Positions 8,187-14,890 of a DNA stretch of 15,405 nucleotides are shown in pieces. Numbering within the stretch: position 1 is the stretch's first letter; every line of letters begins with the position of its first letter. Below the pieces are notes generated by a model. The model searched no databases and had not been told where the DNA came from. It saw only the letters and a program-made list of their open reading frames with translations. The DNA comes from Candidatus Methylomirabilia bacterium. GTDB lineage: Bacteria > Methylomirabilota > Methylomirabilia > Rokubacteriales > CSP1-6. The stretch covers positions 1 through 15,405 of the forward strand of contig JBGQEL010000097.1 of NCBI GenBank assembly GCA_041496385.1, written 5' to 3'. The translations under genes and the position numbers were made by a program.

Positions 8187-9326
8187 ATGGGCGTGTACGA
8201 GAAGCTCGGCGTCCGACCCGTCATCCACGCCTCCGGCACGACCACCCGCTACGGCGGCTCGATCATGCGCCCGGAGACCATCGAGGTCATGCGCGAGGCG
8301 GCGCAGACCCTTGTGAACATCGACGAGCTGAACGAGGCCGCCGGCGCCGCCATCGCGCGGATCCTCGGCGCGCCCGCGGCGCTCGTGACGGCGGGCTCCA
8401 CCGCGGGCCTCGTCCTCCAGGCGGCGGCCTGCATGACCGGCGACGACCCCGCGAGGATCACCCGTCTGCCGGACACCACGGGCATGCGACGCGAGTTCGT
8501 GATCCAGCGCGCGCATCGATTCAGCTACGACCAGGCCTACCGGGTGCCGGGTGGGGTCCTCGTCGAGATCGGGCTCGGGCGGCGGACGGCGCTCTTCGAG
8601 CTGGAGAACGCGATCACCGAGCGCACCGCCGGGGTCGTCCACCTCGTCTCTCCCTTCACGAGCCCGCCGGGCGTGCTCTCGTTCGAGGAAGTCCGCGAGG
8701 TCGCGCACGCGCGCGGCGTGCCCGTGCTGGTGGACGCCGCATCGATGCTGCCCCCGCGGGACAACCTCTTCCGGTACCTGCGCGGGGGCGCCGACCTCGT
8801 CATCTTCAGCGGCGGCAAGGGAATCCGCGGCCCGCAGAGCACCGGCATCCTGGCGGGCCGGCGCGACCTCGTGCGCGCGGCCACGCTCAACGCGAGCCCC
8901 AACCAGGCCATCGGCCGCGCCGCGAAGACCTCCAAGGAAGAGATCGTCGGGATCGTCAACGCCCTCGAGCTCTTTCTCGCCGAGGACGAGGCGGCCGAGA
9001 TGGCGCGCTATCGCGACGTCTGCGCGTCCATCGTCGACACGCTGCGGGATATTCAGGGTCTCCGCGCGGTGGTCGAGCAGGACAGCGTCAACCGGGTGAT
9101 CCCGCACGCCGTCGTCTATTTCGAGCCGGCCTGGAAGGGCGCCTCGGGCAAAGCGGTGCGCCTGGCGCTCGCCGCGGGCGAGCCCCACATCTACGTCCAG
9201 CAGGGCGCGCTGCAGGGCGGCTACGCCGACGAGATCTCCGTCGATCCCATCAACCTCCAGCCCGGCGACGAGAAGATCGTCGCGACACGCCTGCGCGAGG
9301 AGCTGACGCAGAGGAGAACAGCATGA
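8187..9326 (+). CDS. SelA-like PLP-dependent enzyme (DgaE / selenocysteine-synthase-like family), 379 aa
   Basis: RBS AAAGGAAGG before ATG 8187. YEKLGVRPVIHASGTTTRYGGS, VDAAS, PLP-lysine motif FSGGKGIRGPQSTG and IGRAAKTSKEEI. Shorter than typical SelA. Confidence 0.87.
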   Translation: MGVYEKLGVRPVIHASGTTTRYGGSIMRPETIEVMREAAQTLVNIDELNEAAGAAIARILGAPAALVTAGSTAGLVLQAAACMTGDDPARITRLPDTTGMRREFVIQRAHRFSYDQAYRVPGGVLVEIGLGRRTALFELENAITERTAGVVHLVSPFTSPPGVLSFEEVREVAHARGVPVLVDAASMLPPRDNLFRYLRGGADLVIFSGGKGIRGPQSTGILAGRRDLVRAATLNASPNQAIGRAAKTSKEEIVGIVNALELFLAEDEAAEMARYRDVCASIVDTLRDIQGLRAVVEQDSVNRVIPHAVVYFEPAWKGASGKAVRLALAAGEPHIYVQQGALQGGYADEISVDPINLQPGDEKIVATRLREELTQRRTA

Positions 9327-10984
9327 AGGTCAAGGCGGCGAACGGCTTCGCGCGGATCCTCAAGGCCGAGGGTATCCCCTGGGTGAGCTGCTACCCGACC
9401 AATCACGTGAACAACGCGCTCGGCGAGGAAGGCGTGCCGATCCTCATGATGGGCGAGGAGCGGTTCGCGGTCGCCGTCGCCGACGCGTACTCACGGGTGA
9501 CCGCCGGCAAGCAGATCGGCGTGTGCACGGTCATGGCCAACCTCAACGCCGCCGGCATCCAGATGGCGTACGGCGCCGTCGGCCAGGCCTGGGAAGACTC
9601 CTCCCCGCTCCTCGTCATCGCCGAGGGCGTGGGCCAGGGCGCCAGCCGCCACACCCACTACGACATGGCGGAGGCGTTCAAGTCGGTGACCAAGTGGGTG
9701 GGCAAGGTCGATCGCGCCGACCTCGTGCCGGACTACGTCCGCCGGGCCTTCACGCATCTGCGCTCGGGCCGGCCCGGCCCCGTGCTGCTCGTCATCCCGC
9801 GCGACCTCGGCGAGTACGACGACGCCGAGCATCCGTACACGCCGGTGAAGGGCTGGCGGTCCGGCCCCGACCCGGATGACGTGAAGACCGCCGTCAAGGT
9901 GCTCCTCGCCGCGAAGGACCCGCTCCTCTACGTGGGCGAGGGCGTCTACTACGCCGACGCCACCCCTGAGCTCCTGAAGTTCGCCGAGCTCGCGCAGGTG
10001 CCTGTGCTGACCACGCTGAAGGCGAAGGGGACCTTCCCGGAGAACCACCCACTCTCGGTCGGTGTCCGCGGCTCGCACGCCGAACACTTCCTCCGCAAGG
10101 CCGACGTTCTCTTCTCGATCGGCTCCAGTCTGTTCCCGAACCGCTTCAGCCACGCCATTCCGGACGCCGACAAGAAGACGATCGTCCAGTGCACGGTCGA
10201 CATCCTGGACATCAACCGGAGCTACGAGACGCGCCACGCCGTCATCGGCGACGCCAAGCTCACGCTGCAGGCGCTCATCGACGAGCTCGCCAGGCGCGGC
10301 GCCCGCAAGAAGCCGGAGCTCGTGGAGGAGATCCGAAGCGCCAAGCAGGCGTTCGTGGCAAAGTTCCGCCCGTTGCTGGAGTCGACCGAGACGCCGATGA
10401 ACCCGTACCGCGTCTTCGGCGACCTCATGAAGGTGCTGGACCCGAAGAGCTCGTTCGTCACGGCCGATTCCGGCAACACGCGCGACCAGACGAGCACGGT
10501 CTACGAGGCGCAGATCCCGCGCGGCTACCTGGGCTGGGGCAACGTGTCCACGCTGGGCTTCAGCCTGGCCGGGGCGATCGCGGCGAAGCTCGCGTTCCCG
10601 GACCGGCAGTGCGTCCACGTCACCGGGGACGCCGGCGTCTGCTACATGATGGGGAACTTCGAGGCGGTGGCGCGCTACACGATCGGCCTCACCACCCTTC
10701 CCCTCACCACCGGCGGCTACTCCGGGTACGGCCAGGGCTTCTGGGGCGCGGGCCACGATCCCTACACCTGGAAGGTGTCCGATCACGACTCCGCGTGCAT
10801 GGCGTCGATGGCGCGCGCCGTCGGCTTCCACGCCGAGGACGTCACGAGCCCGTCCGAGATCATCCCGGCGCTGAAGCGCGCCTTCGACGAGAACGCCAAG
10901 GGCCGGCCGGCGTTCCTGGAGTTCATCTGCTCGCACCACCCGGTCCACGGCGGCTGGGTCAGGCCCGCGGCGGCCGGCCACTAG
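9323..10984 (+). CDS. Thiamine-diphosphate-dependent enzyme (acetolactate synthase-like family)
   Basis: ATGA overlap with the upstream gene and RBS GAGGAG. EERFAVAVADAYSR, RRAF..LRSGRPGPV, FPENHPLSVG, GDAKLTL, LGFSLAGAIAAKLAFPDR and GDAG. The terminal NN of the ThDP motif reads TT (see finding). Confidence 0.9.
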   Translation: MKVKAANGFARILKAEGIPWVSCYPTNHVNNALGEEGVPILMMGEERFAVAVADAYSRVTAGKQIGVCTVMANLNAAGIQMAYGAVGQAWEDSSPLLVIAEGVGQGASRHTHYDMAEAFKSVTKWVGKVDRADLVPDYVRRAFTHLRSGRPGPVLLVIPRDLGEYDDAEHPYTPVKGWRSGPDPDDVKTAVKVLLAAKDPLLYVGEGVYYADATPELLKFAELAQVPVLTTLKAKGTFPENHPLSVGVRGSHAEHFLRKADVLFSIGSSLFPNRFSHAIPDADKKTIVQCTVDILDINRSYETRHAVIGDAKLTLQALIDELARRGARKKPELVEEIRSAKQAFVAKFRPLLESTETPMNPYRVFGDLMKVLDPKSSFVTADSGNTRDQTSTVYEAQIPRGYLGWGNVSTLGFSLAGAIAAKLAFPDRQCVHVTGDAGVCYMMGNFEAVARYTIGLTTLPLTTGGYSGYGQGFWGAGHDPYTWKVSDHDSACMASMARAVGFHAEDVTSPSEIIPALKRAFDENAKGRPAFLEFICSHHPVHGGWVRPAAAGH

Positions 10985-10987
10985 CCC

Positions 10988-11455
10988 ATGGATCCGGCCA
11001 CGATCGTCATCAGCCGGCTGGCCGCGGGGCCGACCCCGCCACAGCCAACGGCCGCGGGATCGCCGAACACGCTGCACACGCCCGTCGCCGAGGTCGTCGC
11101 GAAGATGGGCCCGCCCCCCTGGTCCAAGCGGATCATCGCGGACGAGCGTCAGCTCGTGACGCTGATCGCGAGCCCGCCCGGCGGCGGTAACCGGCCGCAC
11201 TGGCACCGCGAGTTCGACGAGTGGTGGGTCGTGCTCGGCGGGCGCCTCGAGTGGGAGCTGACCGGCGGTGTCGTCCTGCAGGCGACCAAGGACGACATCG
11301 TGTGGGTGCCCCGTGGCACGGTGCACCACATCCGCAACATCGGCGACGGGCTCTCGCTGCGTCTGGCCGTCGCGATGCCGCCGGCGATGCACTACTTCAG
11401 CGCGTGCGAGCAGTGCGGCTACTCGGACGACGGCCCGCGCGAGTGGTGCGCGTGA
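10988..11455 (+). CDS. Cupin_2 domain protein
   Basis: Cupin motif 1 PHWHREFDEWWVVLGG and motif 2 DIVWVPRGTVHHIRN. Starts 3 nt after the ThDP gene stop. Confidence 0.87.
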   Translation: MDPATIVISRLAAGPTPPQPTAAGSPNTLHTPVAEVVAKMGPPPWSKRIIADERQLVTLIASPPGGGNRPHWHREFDEWWVVLGGRLEWELTGGVVLQATKDDIVWVPRGTVHHIRNIGDGLSLRLAVAMPPAMHYFSACEQCGYSDDGPREWCA

Positions 11456-11522
11456 CGCGCACGGCGCCGGGCATCACACGACACCAGAACGCCGCGCGCG
11501 AGCGCGGGCAGGGAGGCGAGCG

Positions 11523-11831
11523 ATGGCTGACGTCCTGACGGTGGTGGCCAAGGTCCGCGCGGCGAAGGGCAAGGGCGATGCGCTGGCGGCGCTCCTCAAG
11601 GAGCAGGCGGCGGCGGTGCGCCGGGCGGAGCCGGGCTGTCTCGCGTACCGGCCGCACCGGTCGACGAAGGACCCCGACCTGTTCCTCTTCTACGAGCAGT
11701 ACAAGGACGCCGCCGCCTTCGACGCTCACCGCAAGGCCCCGCACCTCGTCGCGTATCGCGAACGGCGCGAGAAGGAGGGGCTCACCGAGGGCGCGGTCGA
11801 GGTCGAGATCTACCGCTCGCTCACGGACTGA
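11523..11831 (+). CDS. Antibiotic biosynthesis monooxygenase (ABM) / putative quinol monooxygenase family protein, 102 aa
   Basis: RBS GGGAGG. Motifs LTVVAKVRA.KGK, RAEPGCLAY, FLFYEQYKDAAAFDAHRKAPH. Confidence 0.9.
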   Translation: MADVLTVVAKVRAAKGKGDALAALLKEQAAAVRRAEPGCLAYRPHRSTKDPDLFLFYEQYKDAAAFDAHRKAPHLVAYRERREKEGLTEGAVEVEIYRSLTD

Positions 11832-11832
11832 G

Positions 11833-12351
11833 ATGCCGCATCCGCTCGTCGCCCAGCTCCGCTTCACGCGGGGCGAGTTCCTGCGCGGCCTCGACGGCCT
11901 CAGCCCCGAGGAGGCCGCGCGGCGGTTCGAGCCCATGAACCCCATCAGCTGGATGGTCGGCCACCTCGCCTGGCACGAGCAGGTCCTCTGGCTCGAGCGC
12001 GGCCAGGGCCGCACGGTCGCGCCGGCGGTCAAGGCGTGCCGCTTCGGCGGGCCGCCGAGCACGCCGGCGCTCGGCGAGATGCTGGCGGCCTGGAGCGAGG
12101 TGACGGCGGCGGCCGACCCGTATCTCGACACGCTGACGTCGGCGACGCTGCTCGGTTTCTGGGAGCGGGACGGCCGGCGGCATCCCGAGAGCATCGGCAC
12201 GAGCCTCCGGCGCGTGACCTATCACTACTGGTTCCACACCGGCGAGTCGCAGGCGGTGCGCCAGATGCTGGGCCATCGTGACCTGCCGCAGTTCGTCGGT
12301 GACATCAACCAGGCCCCCTACGTGCCCGAGGCCTCCGCCACCCCGCCTTGA
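11833..12351 (+). CDS. DinB/YfiT family metal-dependent protein, 172 aa
   Basis: ATG 1 nt after the ABM stop. QLRFTR..LDGLSPEEA, NPISWMVGHLAWHE and YHYWFHTGE, consistent with the DinB histidine triad. Confidence 0.85.
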   Translation: MPHPLVAQLRFTRGEFLRGLDGLSPEEAARRFEPMNPISWMVGHLAWHEQVLWLERGQGRTVAPAVKACRFGGPPSTPALGEMLAAWSEVTAAADPYLDTLTSATLLGFWERDGRRHPESIGTSLRRVTYHYWFHTGESQAVRQMLGHRDLPQFVGDINQAPYVPEASATPP

Positions 12352-12418
12352 CGGACCCTTCGTCCATCCCGTATAGGTGGAGGACTCGCCACGCGGCGAC
12401 GAACGGAGGAGACAGGCT

Positions 12419-12892
12419 ATGGCGATGTACTGGAAGGAGATCACGGTCAACTGGGGCGAGTCGGACCCCTTCGGCCTCGTCTATTATCCCCGGATCGTCG
12501 CCTGGTTCAACGACACCGAGCACGAGCTGTTCCGCATCATCGGCCGACCGATCGAGCAGATGATCAAGAACGACCGGACGACGTTCGTGATGGGCGAGAT
12601 CCACTTCCGCTTCATCGGCCTCGCGGCCTACGGCGACCGGATCGTGTGCACGATCACCCTCGCCGAGATCGGCGCGCACACGCTGCACTGGAACTGCAAG
12701 GCGAAGAACGCCGTCACCGGAGCCCCCGTCAGCGAGGGCAAGGCCACGCGCGTCTACGCGCGCATCAACGAGGACGGCACGCTGAGCGCTCAGCCGATCC
12801 CGGCCGAGATGAAGAACGCGCTCCAGGAGCTGGGGGACCTCAAGCACCTCCACCCGAGCAGCGGCGCGACGAAGCTGGCCGCCGAGCGCTGA
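12419..12892 (+). CDS. Acyl-CoA thioesterase, 4-hydroxybenzoyl-CoA thioesterase (hotdog) family
   Basis: RBS GGAGGA at 12405-12410. N-terminal VNWGESDPFGLVYYPRIVAWF matches the 4-HBT-I type signature WGDxDPxGxVxxP. Also YGDRI. Confidence 0.85.
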   Translation: MAMYWKEITVNWGESDPFGLVYYPRIVAWFNDTEHELFRIIGRPIEQMIKNDRTTFVMGEIHFRFIGLAAYGDRIVCTITLAEIGAHTLHWNCKAKNAVTGAPVSEGKATRVYARINEDGTLSAQPIPAEMKNALQELGDLKHLHPSSGATKLAAER

Positions 12893-12930
12893 CGCCCGCC
12901 CGTTCCCGTATCCACGACCCGGAGGCAGAG

Positions 12931-14628
12931 ATGAGACGTTGGATCGTTCCCGTGCTCGCCCTGGCGGCCCTGCTCGCGACGGGCTGCGCCCGCCCGATGT
13001 CGTTCAACGTGGTCGAGACCGGCATCCCCGAAATGCGCCAGGCCCTGTCCGACGGGCGCCTGACCTCGCGCCAGCTCGTCGTCGAGTACCTGACGCGCAT
13101 CGCGCTCTACGAGGACCAGGTGAAGGCGATCGTCACCGTCAACCCGCGCGTGCTCGAGGAGGCCGACGCGCTCGACCGTGAGCGCGCCCAGGGCAAGGTG
13201 CGCGGCCCGCTCCACGGCATCCCGATCGCGCTCAAGGACAACATCCACACGACGGACATGCCGACGACCGGCGGCGCCGTCGCCTTCGAGGGCTACCGGC
13301 CGCCGTACGACGCGACCGTCACGCGCACCCTGCGCGCCGGCGGCGCCATCATCATCGCCAAGACCGTCCTCACCGAGCTCGCGAACTGGATCGCGGGCGT
13401 GCCGACGCCGATGCCGGCGAACTACAGCGGCCTGGCCGGCTACGGGCTCAATCCGTACGATCCGCGGCGCGATCCCCGCGAGGGGAACGACGACGGGCGC
13501 GCGGCGCTCGTCACCGGCGGCTCCAGCTCGGGCATCGGCACGGCGGCGAGCTTCTGGGCGGCCAACGTCGGCACCGAGACGTCAGGCTCGATCCTGAGCC
13601 CGGCGAACCAGACGATGCTCGTCGGCATCAAGCCCACGGTCGGGCGGATCAGCCGCTACGGCATCATCCCCCTCACCGCCGACCAGGACACCGCGGGCCC
13701 GATGGCGCGGACCGTGACCGACGCCGCGATCCTCCTCGGCGCGCTCGAGGACGCGGCGCGCGATCCGAACGATCCGGGGGCGAAGACCTGCGCGCCGCCG
13801 CCCAATCGCGACTACACGCCTTTCCTGAAGCGCGACGGGCTCAAGGGCGCGCGCATCGGCATCCCGCGCGCCTTCTTCTACGACACGATCACGCTGCCGG
13901 GCGAGACGGCCGCGCGCGGCGGGCTCAACGAGGATCAGGCCCGCGTCATGGCCGAGGCGATCGAGGCCCTCAAGCGCGAAGGGGCGGTCATCGTCGATCC
14001 GGCGGATATTCCGAGCATCGTCGACCCCGATCCGGCGAACAACTTCCTGCTCTGGCCCATCTGCGCGGGCGTCCCCGGACGCAAGGGAAGCGACGCCAAC
14101 TGCTCCATCGTCTTCAAGTACGGGATGAAGCGCGACTTTAATTCGTGGCTGGCCACGCTCGGCCCGGGCGCGCCGATCAAGACGCTGACGCAGCTCCGCG
14201 AATTCAACACCGCGCACACCCCGCGCGGCGCGATCAAGTACGGCCAGGCGCAGCTCGATATTTCAGACGAGATGGACCTGGAAGCGGATCGCGCGCGCTA
14301 CGAGGCCGATCGCGCCAAGGACATGTTGCTCGCGGGTACCCGGGGCATCGACGCCGTGATGAAGGCGCACCAGCTCGACGCGCTGCTGTTCCCGAGCTGG
14401 AGCGGCGCGAACATCACTGCGCGTCCCGGCTACCCGACCGTGCTGGTGCCGTTCGGCATGGTGCGCAACCTCCAGACGCCGCCGTTTCCCGTCGCCTTCC
14501 AGGCGAAGCCCGCGCCCTTCGGCGTGAGCTTCACGGGAATGGCGTGCAGCGAGCCGCGCCTCATCGAGCTCGGCTACGGCTTCGAGCAGGCGACCAAGCG
14601 GCGCGTGCCGCCGCCGTCCACGCCGTAG
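12931..14628 (+). CDS. Amidase-signature family amidase with lipoprotein signal peptide (peptide-amidase-like), 565 aa
   Basis: RBS GGAGG. Lipobox in MRRWIVPVLALAALLATG-C. GPLHGIPIALKDNI (catalytic Lys), GGSSSG, GTETSGSI and QDTAGPMAR. Confidence 0.93.
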   Translation: MRRWIVPVLALAALLATGCARPMSFNVVETGIPEMRQALSDGRLTSRQLVVEYLTRIALYEDQVKAIVTVNPRVLEEADALDRERAQGKVRGPLHGIPIALKDNIHTTDMPTTGGAVAFEGYRPPYDATVTRTLRAGGAIIIAKTVLTELANWIAGVPTPMPANYSGLAGYGLNPYDPRRDPREGNDDGRAALVTGGSSSGIGTAASFWAANVGTETSGSILSPANQTMLVGIKPTVGRISRYGIIPLTADQDTAGPMARTVTDAAILLGALEDAARDPNDPGAKTCAPPPNRDYTPFLKRDGLKGARIGIPRAFFYDTITLPGETAARGGLNEDQARVMAEAIEALKREGAVIVDPADIPSIVDPDPANNFLLWPICAGVPGRKGSDANCSIVFKYGMKRDFNSWLATLGPGAPIKTLTQLREFNTAHTPRGAIKYGQAQLDISDEMDLEADRARYEADRAKDMLLAGTRGIDAVMKAHQLDALLFPSWSGANITARPGYPTVLVPFGMVRNLQTPPFPVAFQAKPAPFGVSFTGMACSEPRLIELGYGFEQATKRRVPPPSTP

Positions 14629-14653
14629 CCGCAGAAACGACACGAGCGCGAGC

Positions 14654-14682
14654 TTGACGGTGGCACGCCGTTTCGCTAGGCT
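14654..14682 (+). promoter_or_regulatory. Sigma70-type promoter of the dapA leader
   Basis: TTGACG (14654-14659), 17-nt spacer, TAGGCT (14677-14682). Predicted TSS about 14689-14690. Confidence 0.75.
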
Positions 14683-14691
14683 CCTGGTGAC

Positions 14692-14793
14692 ATGACCAAC
14701 CGGGCGAAGCGCGCGACCGACAAGGCCCTGCTGGGGTCCCGAGCGACGGGGCGCCCAGCGGCATCGGTGGCGCGCGCCCTGCGACGGACCTAA
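14692..14793 (+). CDS. Putative dapA leader (attenuator) peptide, 33 aa: MTNRAKRATDKALLGSRATGRPAASVARALRRT
   Basis: ATG 9 nt after the -10 element (near-leaderless). Two Lys AAG codons at 14707 and 14722. Ends at TAA 14791-14793, upstream of a terminator hairpin. Too short for the ORF track. Confidence 0.65.
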   Translation: MTNRAKRATDKALLGSRATGRPAASVARALRRT

Positions 14794-14824
14794 CAGAACC
14801 ACTCGACGACGTCTCCGGACCTCC

Positions 14825-14867
14825 AGGCCCGCGACCACCACACGGTGATCGCGGGCCTTTCGCGTTT
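14825..14867 (+). terminator. Intrinsic terminator (attenuator) in the dapA leader
   Basis: AGGCCCGCGA-c-CACC / loop ACAC / GGTG-a-TCGCGGGCCT: a 14-bp stem with one mismatch, running into TTTCGCGTTT (14858-14867) just upstream of the dapA RBS. Confidence 0.8.
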
Positions 14868-14890
14868 CGGGGACCGAAGGGAGCCGCGCC

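Noticed and set aside
8187..9326. True selA / selenocysteine machinery
   Set aside because: The protein is shorter than typical SelA, there is no selB, selC or selD in the window, and the context is catabolic. I saw no in-frame UGA read-through candidates.
9323..10984. Biosynthetic ilvB/ilvI
   Set aside because: No ilvH/ilvN or ilvC nearby, and it diverges from AHAS motifs (no RHEQ or TSGPG). Only the family-level call is supported.
12931..14628. gatA (Glu-tRNA amidotransferase subunit A)
   Set aside because: It has a lipoprotein signal, ETSGS instead of DTGGS, and no gatB or gatC neighbours.
3611..14656. Short GCG(A)-loop hairpins in intergenic gaps (3611-3623, 11492-11507, 14643-14656) as a REP-like family
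   Set aside because: The stems are only 5-6 bp with different sequences, which is expected by chance at this GC content.
14683..14890. Lysine riboswitch or T-box upstream of dapA
   Set aside because: I could not find the lysine riboswitch conserved core (AGAGGNGC start, loop-E and kink-turn motifs) or a T-box consensus. A uORF with terminator and antiterminator explains the region better. An Rfam scan would settle it.
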